This document shows positions 13,325-27,700 of a stretch of DNA of 64,000 nt, one piece after another. A model generated the notes under the pieces. That model searched no databases, had not been told where the DNA came from, and saw only the letters and a list, made by a program, of their open reading frames with translations. Positions within the stretch are counted from its first letter, which is position 1, and each line of letters starts with the position of its first letter. The DNA lies in assembly GCA_951406725.2 (NCBI GenBank), contig OX597824.1, forward strand, positions 71,300,001 to 71,364,000. The letters are read 5' to 3'. This DNA is from Octopus vulgaris (Eukaryota). The position numbers and the translations under genes are program-made.

Positions 13325-13356
<32 letters not shown>
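13020..13356 (+). mobile_element. GC-richer retroposon 3' segment ending in a (GAT)n tail
   Basis: Sharp compositional boundary, ggggtaagcaagggcatgctcc motif, (gat)n tail at 13329-13355. Confidence 0.55.
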
Positions 13357-15278
13357 CAGAGTATGAGATTGTGTGATGTTTGTTCCTTTCTGAAGAAAAA
13401 AGAGAGATTAGTAACATAAAATGAATGAAATAATTCCAGTGGTGCTAACCAAATTGAATCAACCATTTCTTACATAAGTTACAAAAACGACTGGGTACCA
13501 GTGACTGTATACATTGGTCAAGTTGGCTGACATTCTCCCCATTAAATGACTGGTACTTGCAGATGAAAGATGTAAAAAAAAAAAAATCCCTGGAGGAGAA
13601 AGGTAAAAAAAAATTAAAAACCAGTTTTAGTGAAATTTGAACCCTACAAAAAGATGAGATTAAATACTTGGCAGTGGTTTAGTCCAATGTTCCAGGCACA
13701 CCACTACCAATAATGAGCCAACAAGGAAACCTTGACATGGTCACCTGATCTGTTAGAAATAGCAGTCAAATCTCCTGCAAACCACACTGTAAAAACCTTT
13801 TAAATAATGGTAGGAAACATTACATCATGTGATAAGCGATGCTTTCAAAAGTGGGGCTGGTTACAGTTAAGAATGCCACTGATCCTAAGTCTGGTTGATC
13901 AGAGTTGACCTAGGGCTTCACAACATCAATAACATTAGGGAGACAGAGAGAAACAGGAGTGAATTGAAGCATTTGCAAATTTTTGTTCCCAATAAAGTAT
14001 GTAAAAATTGTATGTGTGTGTGTGTGTGTACGCACATGTGATAAGCTAACAGAATAAGGAGGATGGTCATGACCTGATGAACTGAATCATATTATAAAAC
14101 CAAGAGAATTGAGGATATTAATTCTGCTGCAACCTGGATGTTGCTATTCCTCAGGCAAGGTAAGCCTAATCCATATAAGGAGAGAGAGAGAGGAAGGTAG
14201 AAAAGAAAGAGGGAGAAAGAGAGAGAAAGAAGGGAGGGTGGAGAACAATAAATTTTTTTCCAGCTTAGATCAAAGTGAAAAAGGGCAATGCTTTCTTCTT
14301 TGTATCCAGCTTTTCACATTACACATGTACAGAATTATTAATACTCTTTTATCTTCTACTTGTTTCTGTCATCAGACTACAACCATGCTGGGGCATCTCT
14401 TTGAAGGGTTTTAGTCATACAACACGACCCCAGCACTTAATTTCTAAGCCTGGTACTTATTCTCACCGATTCTCAAGCAGTGGTGAGAGACAAACACATA
14501 AATATATACACACACAATAGGCTTCTTTCAGTTTCCATCAACCAAATCAAATCAAATCACAAGGCTTTGGTTGGCCTGAGGTTACAGTAGGAGACACTTG
14601 CCCAAGGGGTTGGAAGCAAATTTCTTAACACACAGCCATGCTATATTTCATATCTATCGAGCTAAATGATTTATGTAAAATCATTTACATGCAATGGCAT
14701 AAGAAATGGAGTGGTACTGAAGCAATTGTAATTAATAATAAGCTGTACTACATTCATTCTTTATTTTGTATTATCTGTCTACCTATATTTATATCTATCT
14801 ACATATCATGATATTTATATAGCTAGAGTGTTTTTTCACTGACCCTAACAATGAACAAACAGTACACTATATATATATATATATATATATAAGTGTTCTT
14901 TTAGTCTTACTAGTTTCAAGAAAGGGACTTTGGCCACATTGATGGTCATTCACCCTGTATTTTAACATGCAGGTGTGCGCACATGCACACTCCTGTCCTG
15001 GAGTCACATGACAATTGTAAGCGAATGTCACCATCATACAGGTGATATAGTTTGTTTCTGGTCTCCTGTGAAAAATATGTCTGGCTATGGAGGAAATATG
15101 ACCTTACTTGGAAATAGGCGAGGGTTCGTGACAAGGGCATCTGGCCACAGGAAATCTACTTCAACAAATCTTGTTTGATCCATGCAAGCTGGAAAAGTGG
15201 ACATTAAAATGTTGATGATAATGGCACACAATCACACACAGATCAATACATACATATATTACACATCTCTCTCTCATT

Positions 15279-15315
<37 letters not shown>

Positions 15316-15446
15316 TAACTCCCTTGCCTCAAAACTGTTAGCCTTGCACTTAAATTAGAAACCATAATTACACACACACACACAAATGATGGATCTTTCA
15401 GTTTCAAAGATGAGCATTCCACAAGTGCTATCAATCTTGACTTTCA

Positions 15447-15873
15447 TATTCTCTTTCTCTTTTACTTGTTTCAGTCATTTGACTGCGGCCATGCTGGAAC
15501 ACCGCCTTTAATCGAGCAACTCGACCCCGGGACTTATTCTTTGTAAGCCCAGTACTTATTCTATTGGTCTCTTTTGCCGAACCGCTAAGTGACAGGGACA
15601 TAAACACACCAGCATCGGTTGTCAAGCAATGCTAGGGGGACAAACACAGACACACAAACATACACGCACACACACACACACATATATATATACATATATA
15701 TATATATACGACGGGCTTCTTTCAGTTTCCGTCTACCAAATCCACTCACAAGGCTTTGGTCGGCCCGAGGCTATAGTAGAAGACACTTGCCCAAGGTGCC
15801 ACACAGTGGGACTGAACCCGGAACCATGTGGTTGGTAAACAAGCTACTTACCACACAGCCACTCCTGCACCTA
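15447..15873 (-). mobile_element. Well-preserved, CpG-retaining tRNA-derived SINE with internal (CA)/(TA) microsatellite (family A)
   Basis: Minus-strand head tggctgtgtggtaag...ggttcagtccc, accttgggcaagtgtc core, internal microsatellite, tail gactgaaacaagtaaaagagag; many degenerate copies in the window. Confidence 0.88.
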
Positions 15874-16285
15874 TGAATTAAAATATTATTGAAAAAAAAC
15901 ATAAAATTAAAACACATTATTGAATTAAAACAGACCCTTAACATAATTAGAAGACAGAATGAGTGTGACATGACTAGCTCCATGAAATCAGCTATTCAGG
16001 TACAACCCATGCAGCAAGCTTCCACAGTTTCAGACTACCTAATTTCTGCATGAGGCTAAGATTAAAGGATAATGGCAACGATGTTTGCATAAAGACCCAC
16101 ACAGTCGGATTTTCAGTACCTCTGGACTGAAAAGGAAACCACTTAATTTGACCATGACTTTACTATACATACATACATTATATATATATATAGTCAATGA
16201 TAATAAGGGTAAAATTAATTAATTATTAATTAATAATTTTACCAAGTAGCATTCAGTATGTAAAAAGACCATTTACGGTATATTT

Positions 16286-16446
16286 AAAACATTACGTTAT
16301 ATAATTAGGGTTCAGCAAAAAAAATTTACTTTACCACACACCGAACTTTTAGAAATAGCAGCCAAAGAATTTAGCTATTTCTAAAAGTTCGGTGTGTGGT
16401 AAAGTAAATTTTTTTGCTGAACCCTAATTATATAAAGTAATGTTTT
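16286..16446. repeat. Near-perfect inverted repeat (74/73-nt arms, 14-nt loop)
   Basis: Arms 16286-16359 and 16374-16446 differ by one substitution and one homopolymer indel. Confidence 0.95.
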
Positions 16447-16649
16447 ATATATATATATATATATATACATACATACGTGTATATATGCACACCCACTCCT
16501 ACATAGAGCATCTATATACTTATACACACAAGGAGGAGCAAGAGAAAGAGAGGGGGAAAAGAAGGGGGGAAGAGGAAAGAGAAAGAAGTTGATAAACAAT
16601 ATGTTTAACAATCCAGGTCCTTTCTGTGTCTGTGTGTATGTAATGGTTG

Positions 16650-17026
16650 TAATAATAGAATCTCTCTGCATGTAAATATCACAAGTTAAGACAGAGCAGA
16701 CCTAAAAGAGAAAGAAAAGACAAAAAAAAAAAAAACTTTCATTCACTCCATAATAATTCATTTTCCTTTTTCTTCTCCAGTCACAACTTCTCTCCCCACC
16801 TCACATCCACAGTGGTGGTGGGGCTTATTTGTTAAACTGTCATTTTTTGTTTTTTTTGCTGTTTGCATTCTTCAGTTATTCTCATTTTTTTTAATGTATG
16901 CTAGTAAAAACATAGCAAGTCACTTTTCTCTTATATATACATTATATATATGTGTGTATATACACACACACACACCAACACACAAAATATGCATATATAC
17001 ATATATCCACACACGTATGTTTATGC

Positions 17027-17072
<46 letters not shown>

Positions 17073-17129
17073 GCATGTGTGTATGTATAAATACACATGT
17101 ATAAGTATGTGGGTACATGTGCATGCATG

Positions 17130-17180
<51 letters not shown>

Positions 17181-17314
17181 GTATATATCTATATACACAC
17201 ACACACACACACACATACACAAATATACACACAAAGCTATGCTGTATATACATATGTCCACACACACACACACGTAGGTGTGTGTAAATATATACATGTG
17301 TGTATGTATGTATG

Positions 17315-17358
<44 letters not shown>

Positions 17359-18764
17359 AAGACAAATATACACATAAAAATATGTATATATGCACACACA
17401 TTCAGATATATACATACGTGTGTGCATATATATACACGCACATGTATGTGTATATATTATATATATATATAAAAGCAACTGTGTGTGAGTGTGTTTGTAT
17501 GTGAGTGTCCATATCCATCCCGCCTTCATTGTAAGAAAACGTCTATATACATTACACACACACACATACATATATTATATATACACACATATATATTGAT
17601 GTAAAATCCCTTTGCACCCACAACCTCCCATCTCCATTTTAAGAATACACTTCCATTCAAAATCCTGGACAAATTTCAAATAGATAATTAACAAATTACT
17701 GTTTTTGCTGTTATTTTTAAGGTTTTTTTTTTTTTGCCTTTTTTTTTAATGTTTGTATTTATATTATTGTAATTATTTTTGGTGGTGTCTGTCTTTTGAA
17801 ATAATTTTATGAGAAGTTCTTCCTGGCAGCAGACTGGGAGAGGAGGGAAAACTTTCAGTCAAATTCTTGTTCATTTTTTTTTTTCTTTCTCTTTGTATAT
17901 ATTTATTTTTTTGCTTTATGCTTTATTTAAATGTTTGCTGTTATTGCAATAGGGGCTGTTGTGTTTAATTAAAATTGGTGGTGTGTAGAATGGAGGTAGG
18001 AGGCAATTTCTACCTTTTATTTCTTTATATATTTTATATTTTTTTTTTTTTTGCATGTCTTGTTTGGTCAATTTTATTGGTCAGTCTAGTTTCGATTTGT
18101 TTGGGTTTTTTTTTTTTGGTGTTATTTTTTGTTTTTGTCGTGGGTGGTGATAGTGTTGGTTGGGGGTGGTGTTTGTGTCATTTTCATATTCCTCATGCCA
18201 ACATCACAACTTGGCTTTTTTTTTTTTTTTTTGCTCACAGTACAGGTTCCGACAGAGCTGAGCAGCTCAAATTGAAATGATGGTAAGAGAGGAGAGAGAT
18301 GTAAAAAAAAAAAAAAAAAATTGTTTAAAGAGTATCTTTTTTAAAAAAAAAAACAAATTGGTTTCATTTTTTTTTTTCTTTGTGTGTATGTGAATTGTAA
18401 ACTTTTTTTTTGTTATGTGTCGCTGTAGATGCTGTGAAATCTTTTGTCCTTTTTAAAAAACTCGTACAAGTTACCTTTCCAGATTTAAGATTTGATAAAA
18501 AAAAAAATTTAAATCATACTCCTTTACAGCAAAAGCCCAACAAACAGTTGATAGACAGGAGGACTAATTGCAGTTTTACTTAATTCACACTCGTGTTCTT
18601 AAGTTATGATCAAATGGGAGGGGGGAGAGCTGGAGGAGGAGGAGGAGCAGCGTTAGTTATAAATGCTTCTTATTTATCAAATAATGAAGGAGGAGGTGGT
18701 GGGAGGAGTAAAAAAAATGGTAAAAAAAATTTCTTTTGAATAACCATTTACACTTCATCCTTCA
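16650..18764 (-). other. Probable WDR26 3' UTR (downstream boundary uncertain)
   Basis: Follows the stop codon; lacks the SINEs that saturate neighbouring DNA; homopolymer runs; minus-strand AATAAA (plus-strand tttatt) near 17902 and 17922. Confidence 0.5.
16930..17600. repeat. Long compound (TA)n/(CA)n/(TG)n microsatellite
   Basis: Direct inspection; source of several spurious ORFs. Confidence 0.95.
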
Positions 18765-18796
18765 TTATACAGGTGTACTTCGACCAGATTCGTTAT
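18765..18796 (-). CDS. WDR26: WDR26 probable terminal coding exon: (D)NESGRSTPV* followed by a second in-frame stop
   Basis: Strong polypyrimidine tract (tttttcctttgtatttttcAG), phase-compatible with the previous donor, TAA TGA double stop, followed by about 2 kb free of interspersed repeats. Homology support is weak for so short a segment. Confidence 0.8.
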
Positions 18797-21700
18797 CTGA
18801 AAAATACAAAGGAAAAAACTTGTTAAGCATAGTTATAATCCTTTCTACTTATAGGCACAAGGCCAGATATTTTTTTTTTTTTGGTAGGGGGGAGTCAGTC
18901 AACTCAACCCCAGTGCTAAACCGGTACTTATTCCTGAAAGAATGAAAGGCAAAGTTGACCCCAGCAGCATTTGAACTTAGAATGTAAAAACAGTGGAAAT
19001 AATCCTTTCTTCTATAGACACAAGGCATGAAATTTGGGGAGAAGGGGATAGTCGATCACATCAACTCCAGTACCTGACTGATACTTAATTTATTGACTCT
19101 GAAAGGATGAAAGACAAAGTCGACCTCAGCAGAATTTGAACCCAGAACGTAGCAGCAGACAAAATACTGCTAAGTATTTCACCCAGTGTGCTAACAATTC
19201 TGCCAGCTCGCCATCTAACAAAAGAAAATTTTTAAAAAACAGATGAAATAATAATAACAACAACAACAACGTATTGATGCAGTACCAGGCAGTGGCTCGC
19301 ATGGCTTCTGATTCTAACAGACTGATAATGTTATCATGTACATGTTTTATCATCGTATAGAACACGGGCTACAGCAAATATTCTGCACAGTACCACAAAT
19401 CTGCTTGTCAGTTGCTTGACTGTAACCAGTCGAGCATGTCCATGAGTGGTTGATGATATGTGCATCTCTGATCACAAGCAGTAGTCAGGGAGCATGATAG
19501 CCATATGTTGAGAGAGATTCTTTGGAGTTGAAATAATCCACCTCTGGAAACCTGGGGGTTTCACTCATCATCCTTCAATAACCCTTATTCAAGGACCTTT
19601 TGAGTGACATGGGCTACTGGAACTGAGAAAAGTCTGAACCCCATCTACAAGTTCATGCACTGCTTATCTGGATATGACATCACCAAATTGCTAGAAATGA
19701 TAACCAAACTTACCATAATGCCAGAAAAAAAGACACATTAGAAAATATAATCCAGAACACATAACTGAGAAAGATGGGATGGTTATGGCTGGAGTGCTTT
19801 TGATCATAGCTCTACCGGATCAGGACCAAGTTGGTGAGGCTCAACAGCTGCAACTTCCCATGAACCTTCAGCTTACCTACTTGACATGAAAACAGGTTCC
19901 ACTTATGTTGAATGGTTAACAGTAGGAAGGGCTTTCGCTCAGCTATAAAAACATTTCAACAACTGCTCTGCCATAAAACATTCTAAACATGTAAGCATGG
20001 GAAAATGCATTTATAATATAAATAAATAAATCATCACTATCATTATTGTTTAATATCTGTGTTCCATACTGGCATGGGTTGGATGGTCCAACAGGATATG
20101 GTAAGCCAGAAGACTGCATCAAGCTCCAATATCTGCTTTAGCACAGTTTCTTTGGCTGCAAGCTCTTCCTAATGCAAACCACTTTACTGAGTATACTGGG
20201 CATGTTTTTCACAAAATTGACACTAGTGAGGTCAGTAAGTAACTCTCAAGACAAGACATCCCAACTGAATTGCGATGAGGTGGCTTTATGTCAGGTGATG
20301 AGAGACTAAAGTAAGACAGAGGGACAGTAACAGGTGTCTTGCTATAATGGAGATACATTAATACCACAAAGGAAAAGAGACGATGGTGAAGTTGAGGTGC
20401 CAGAGCATATCCTCAAGGTACAAGGTGAATGTAAGAGAAAAGAGTAACAAAGGATCAGACAGGGTGAGTGAGTAGGTAAGATTGTAAGAGTGTGAAAAGA
20501 GAGCGACAGATGGAATAGAGATGGAGATAGAGTTGTCAGCAGTGAACACGGATGGAGGTATGGCCAATGGTGAATATCAGTTGGGTGGGAGAAGGTGGAG
20601 GAAATAAGAATAGGTTGGAGAGGTGATAGGTGAAAGCACATGATGTAAAATGGCTGGGATGTGAAAGAGATGCACAGCAACCCGATCAGAGGTATATAGG
20701 TGAGAATAGCAAAATAAATCAAATAAAAACATAAAAATAAAATAAGGTTTTTAAAAAAAAACCCAACTTACCTTTTTTGGTTTTATCAAGAGGTCCCCAT
20801 ATTCTAATCGTTCCATCATCTGAAACACTGGCTAACATGCTAGGCACTTTAGGATTCCAGTGTACACAGTTGACAGTTCTAGTGTGTCCTTCCAACACAG
20901 TTATTGGAACTTCTTTTCGAATGTGCCAAATATAAACTTTATGATCTAGAAAATACAATTTAAAAAATATATATATCACTAACATAATATCACCTCACTG
21001 AAGTCAACAGGAAAGCCTCTATATGACTAATGACTTCCTAGAAACAGAGCTAATTCTTCCTTTAAAAGGGTAAAGACCCCTTCAGTCATAAATGACTATG
21101 GGATTGCACCTAAAAAATTCTCTTCCTAGGCACAAGTTCAGCCAAGATTGCTTATAGAAGTCCAACAATAAGCCCATGCATATCAGCCTCCCCTCTCCAT
21201 GCCACCAATGTTAACCAAGAGAAAGGCAAAGGCTGATATGGCTTGGCATCAATGATATCACAACTCATTTCTACAGCTGAATGAACTGGAGCAATGTGAA
21301 ATAAAGCGTCTTGCTCAAGAACACAACATACAGCCGAGTCCGGGAATCGAACTCACCACCTCTTGATTGTGAGCCCAATGCTCAAACCACTGACTACACA
21401 ACCATCTTTAAAAAAAAAAGGACACACTGGTAACCATAAAATGAATTACACTTATAAAAAAAAAAACTGATTGGTCAAGGGGTGGAATGTCTTTATCTCA
21501 GCTTGATCAAAGTCAGTTTTGGTCTAGACAACATAAAAGTTAAAGTCTGTCTTAAACGTACAGGTTCATTACATCAAAGCTTATCTTGGTTCCTAAAAGT
21601 ACAAGATGTCACCTGCTACAAGAACACTCAACTAGTAATAGCATTTCAGCTGAGAAAATTAAAATAATATGAAATTAACCCTTTAGTATTTAAACCGGCC

Positions 21701-24700
21701 ATATCCGGCCAAAAGTATTCTGCCTGTTTTATGTGCAAACTGGCCAGATCTGGTCTCTTACACCAACCCTACAATATCGTTTTAGAAATTAACAGCTTCC
21801 TCATCAAAATCTCATCGCTACAAGATAATGCATGATTAGTTCAAAACAATGTGGATGAAAAAGCATTAATTGTGGCAGAATAATGCGAACACTAAAGGGT
21901 TAAATACCTTGCTAAAGGTCAACATTAGCCCTCCACTTTTACCAAGTACCCCCATTTCTTTCTTCCTGCAAGCAGGGACATATTTTCCTAGGTAACATCT
22001 CATACAGATATATTAGCACAACTCAAATAACATTGAGAAAAGAAGATTGGGTTTAGATCTTGCACTGGCCAGGTTCAGGATCAACTAAAATTATCTTTTA
22101 TTTGTTTCAGTGATTAGACTGCAGCCATGCTGGGAGTACCACCTTGAAGGATTTTTAGCCAAATGAATCGATCCCAGTACTTATGGTTTTGTTAAGCCTG
22201 GTATTTATTTTATTGGTCTCTTTTGTCGAACCACTAGGTTACAGGGATGTAAACATACTAACACCGGTTGGCAAGCAGTGGAAGGGGATCAGACACACCC
22301 ACACATACATAACACCTGCATCCAATAATTTTAGGGTATTGATTCATTACCAGGCAATTGTTATAAGCACAGTCAGTTTTGTCAACCACATTAGAAAATT
22401 AAATCGATTATACAACAGCACATAATGTACAGAGTTCAGTTACCTTCACTACCACTGGCAATGAAATCTTGATTTAATCCACCAAAACAAGAATGTATTG
22501 TATAGAATCCCTGGGTAACACCCTGAAATTTTCGAAGAAGGCAGCGATCCTTAAGATCCCATAAATGGACTCCCTAAAAGATAAAACAAAAAAATGTATA
22601 GCATTAAATGATAAACAGAAAATTGATTTTATTCTTTCTTTTCATTTTTCTTAATTTATTCCAGAAACCTCTTTACTAAGAGAAAGAGTAACTGCAGCAA
22701 CATCCCCGATGACTAAAATAGCATGTAGTAGCTTTAAAATAATAATTGTAGAAAACACACTAAAACAGACAGTTGGAGCCTGGACAGCTCTGACTGGGTA
22801 GCTGCTGTCAAACCATCCAACACATGCCTGCATGGAGAACAGATGTTAGATGATGATGGTGAAAAGGGCCTGAAACATTACATTTGACAGAGTAATCTGA
22901 AAGCTGAAGGGTTAATAACAATACAACTTTACTGTACAAACTGATCATGAGATTTAAGCAAGACAACTAGATATCATTATCCAAGACAAGATGTGAAAGG
23001 AGTGCATCATCTTAGATATGGCCATGTTGGCTGTTATAAATATAGCAATAAAAAAAAAATAAATAAATAAAAAAACCAAGACTTAGCAAAGGAAAATGCA
23101 AAGTCTGCAGGTTTTCTTCAAATGTAATTCCTGTAGTTATAGGTACCCTAGGTACCATTATCAACAGACTTAGTAGGTCCTTTAATGAGATTGGAGTAAT
23201 GGCAATAATACAGAAACTTATTATATTAGGAACAGCAAGGATTGTTTGAAAGTCCTAGTTGTGACCTAATATCAAGGATATTGATTCCAAATGTAGCACA
23301 TTTAAGCATACCTTTAAATAATAATTCAAATACCAGAGTAATTGGAATGCTTACCTGAGTGGCCACATTTAATAAAGCTAATTTTCCAGTTTCATCTAAA
23401 GTGAAGGACATAACAGGATGATCTTCTTGTAATCTGTGGAGAAGGTAAAATAAAAAATAAACACATTTAAAATCCTTTTGTTACCGTATTGCCGTTGAAA
23501 TATGCTGCCTTTGTTTCAATAAATTTTGAAAATCATGAAGAACACAGTAGAGATCGCTTTAAAACACGAAATTTATATCATAGGATTCAGGGAGGTCTAG
23601 GTAGTTGGTATTGAAAGTGTAAAGAATACAAGTAGTAAAAATTAATTTAATGATGCTTTTTTTATTCACTTTATCAAGTATTTTACAACCATCACTATCA
23701 TTTCACACACTTATGCATATGAGTAACTTGATCTGCTAAAAATAGCAACCAAATTTCTTTCACATCTGTTTCTTAAAAAAAAAATTACATTGGATATTAA
23801 ACTCTTAGATACATTAGAGCTGAACAATAAAATATCAGAAGATCATTGCTGGAACATTTTTGACCACAGTTCAAATAAATTTGGGGACAAATAGCAATAA
23901 CATAAATGTTAGTTAATCCATAGGTCAACAGAATCTGGATTGTTAGTTCAACCACATATCAATAGGATTTGGGGCTAAACAACAGTAATACCTTCCCTGC
24001 AGAATCCTGCTGTTTTTTCTCAGACAACTACCAAGTAATGATAGTAGTTGATCTTGCCATACACTTCACACTGCACTGAGCTAACTTGATCAAAGACTCC
24101 TTGAAGTGAGATATATGAGGTAGAGGTTGTCATGGATATATCTGCCAGAGGAGATGGGCCAGGGTTCACAAAATTTTGCACACCTCTGACTAAACCGCCA
24201 ACAATAGGTGCCAACCTCTTGGCAAGCACCTTAGCCAAGAAATCTGAACTTGTGTATTGTGTCCCATTTGTGTGAGTCCTTTCTTCAGCATTGTCTTCTG
24301 TCTTTAGGCCACACAACTTGGAACATCCTGCAGTCTGCTGCTATTTGTAACAGATAGCTGCCAAGTTAGCCACAAACAAATATGGTATATCAACCAAGTT
24401 CAGAGTTATAGCATCCCTCTCAGTGAACAGCTTATTACAGAGTTGTCCAACACAACTGTTAAAATCAGTTTCCTGTAGCATTCTATGTCTTGGCCATGAG
24501 TCAGCAAAGACTAATTAGGTAGGCATCAAATTCCACTGAATACTACTCCAGCAAAGTGTTACTGAACATTTGCAAACATCTGCTTGGAACTGGGTGGCAT
24601 GTATCCACTATGGTTCACTAGATATCAAAGTGTAAATTTGCTGTCACAGTGTTCCTTCACCACCTTTACCCATTAAACTATATTTGCTCCTAGAAATAAC

Positions 24701-27700
24701 AAGTAACAACACACGAGAAATACTTACATATGAAAATCTGATTTATCTTCAAAATTGTAGCCTCTTATTCTATTGTGGGTGTCAGCAGCTAAAACAGCTT
24801 TCCCATCGTGTTGACATGCAAGGCACTGGACTCGAACACCTTCCCAATTATCAAAAAAATTGCCATCTTGATCCTGCAAGATCAAACAACAAGAGAATTT
24901 AACTCTTTCAAGTCCTGTAGTAATTTCCTTATGGCAATCTGCTCAAAATTGGATTTCATAAAAATGAAGGTAGTCTACTTATGGAAAGAAAATTAGTATT
25001 ATTGCATAGATATGGATAAACTTCATGAGAAAATGTAACGAATGTTGATGCATATTGTGAATGTGGTTTTACCTGTTATGTACTTTTTATGATTGAATAT
25101 GCTGTAATGTGAAAGAAGGAGCCTACATGATAAACAGTTTGTGTACCACAGAAGTTGAAATGATGTAAGAAAAAATACAATTTATTGACACTTTCCCATA
25201 GTAATACTTCACTGTAGCACTTCTAAGTCATATAAACAGGTAAGGGTTGGCAACAGGAAGAGCATTCAGCTGTAAAACAATACCTTGATAAATATACTTG
25301 CCTAACCCATGTTGGCATGAAAAAAATCAGATCTAAAGCCAAATTAAAATTCATATATCAAGTCTAAGATAAGTCCTGGTGTTGTAGAAAAGTAGAAAAG
25401 CAATAAATGAACATTTATATATTTGTCACCCACTTACACATGTAAATTAAGTTGATTACAGGTAGATGTTTCCATATGTATAGCTGTAAAATACAGCCAG
25501 GAAACCTGTCCTTGCACACAGTACTCCACAAAGTGACACAATCATCCAATGAATCCTCCATGCACCATAAAAAAACAGCTTTTGTTGTTATTGTTGTTGC
25601 CATTGTCATAGTTCTTGTTATTGTAGATTAAGTCATAAGGCTGTGAATGAGCAGGGTTACTAGAGTGTTGGATAGAATACTTCATGGTATTTGATCTGAC
25701 TCATATGTGCTCTGAGTTCAAATCCTGACAAAGTCAACTTTGCCTTTTGTCCTTTCAGAGTTTCAGGGTCAATAAAAAAATTAACACCTGTTCCAGCTCC
25801 TCAATCAAAACTTAGCTTCTCAACACTTAGCACAAAGCATCACCCCGCTCAATACTGCATTCTTTCTTTCTCAAGGGGTCTTTATCCTGTGAGTTACAGG
25901 GTGGTTTCACAAAAAACAACCTATACACTCAGTAACATGGTTACTATTAGGGAAGGCATCCAGCCACAGAAACTATGCCAAATCAAACAATGGAGCTCAA
26001 TGAAGTCTTCTAGCTCATCAGATCCAGTCAAACCATCCAACTCATACCAGTATAGAATCGCTGTCATCAATGTTCTCCTTCCATGCTGGCATGGATCTGA
26101 CAAGTCAGAAGACTGCACCAAACTCTGTCTGTATTGGCATGATTTCTATAGCTGGATGCCTTTCCTAACTCAACCACTTTACAGAGTGTACTAGGTGCCT
26201 TTTGTGTGGTAACAGCATGGTCCCCAAGTAACATCCGGCAGAACATACTTTCATTTCTTTCAAGCTTTTGCATGTCCTCTGCAGTCATAGACCAGGTTTC
26301 ACTACCATGTAGCATAGCTGTTCATAAACAAGCATCATACAATTTGCCTTTCACTCTACAGAAGAGGTATTACCAGTGTTATAATGAGTTTGAATGACAA
26401 AAAATACTGACTTTAGCATATCTTAATACATATATATAAAATAATAACATGTTTCAAAAATGAGAGAAAACTTTGCTTACACATTGGTAGAATTGTCCTC
26501 TAGTGCCTCCTGTGAAAAATTCTTTGCCATCTGCATGCCACGCAGCACTGGTTAAACTATCTTCAGGAGATTGACTCATTTTAGCTTTCAATTCACTAGT
26601 CTACAAAAACCAAAAATAGAAAAGGGGAGAAAATGTTAATCTTGATAGTGTTACAAAGCTGGATCGAGAAATAACTTATATAAAACATCTGTAAGGTTTT
26701 GGATAATAACAAGACTGAAAGACAATTAACACAAGTACTTGCATAAATGATTAAGTAGAGTGAATAGAGGGGAAAATTGAAACCACACCAATGACTGTGG
26801 TATCATTTTCTTTTGGAATAATATGAAAGGATAATTATTGATGAAGGTCGTTACTTTTAGCTTTGTAGCACCTCCAACATAGAACAAGTTGAAGCAGTTA
26901 TATATATATATGTGTACTCACAAATACACAATAAGGATTTTAAACTTGAATTTTCAAGGTGCAGGCATGGCTGAGTGGTAAGAAGCTTCCTTCTCAACCA
27001 CATGATTCCGGTTTCAGTCTCACTGCACAGCACATTGAGCAAATGTCTTCTACTATAGCCTTGGGCCAATCAAAGCCTTGTGAGTGGATTTGGTAGATGG
27101 AAACTGAAAGAAGCCCATCATATATATTTGTGTGTGTCCATGCGTGTATGTTGTATGTATTTCTCCTGCACAACCACTTGACAACTGGAGTGTTTACATC
27201 CCCATAACTTAGCAGTTCAGCGAAACAAATCGATGCAATAATTACCAAGGTTAACAAAAAATAAATACTAGGGTTGATTAATTCTAGGGTTGATTAATTC
27301 GGCTAAGAATTCTTCAAGATGATGCCTGAGCATGGCTGCAGACTGATGATTGAAACAAGCAAATGATAAAAGAACATTGGAAAACATAATTTCCACCCCC
27401 ACCATCACAATTAGAAGTTAATAAGCTAGAAATACTGGATAAAGTTTCCCTTTTATCTTACATTGTGGTGGTTTACATGATTCTTCGCTTAATAAGCTTC
27501 ATTTTCTATTTCCAAATGCCTACAAATCAAGAAGTGACACACAAGCTCAATGCTAATTTATCCACAAGTCAAGCAAGTCTATGTGTTTCTCAATTTGCTA
27601 CAAATATTGGCCAAATTTCACTCAAATCACCTGCCTTCTTAAAAAAAAAAAAGAGAGACACAGGATTTTATCTCACACGTCATGCTTGAGAACACAAAGT

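Noticed and set aside
16894-17571. Long ORFs of 127-209 aa rich in Y/I/H/T/V/C
   Set aside because: Translations of dinucleotide microsatellites; the same applies to ORFs at 61244-61478 and 62195-63151
20342-20722. 126-aa ORF
   Set aside because: Low-complexity pyrimidine-rich spacer of an RTE 3' region; no protein motif
20719-20771. Read-through C-terminus [17 protein letters not shown] in the ORF track
   Set aside because: A consensus GTAAGT donor at 20771 and a phase-compatible downstream exon explain it as intron
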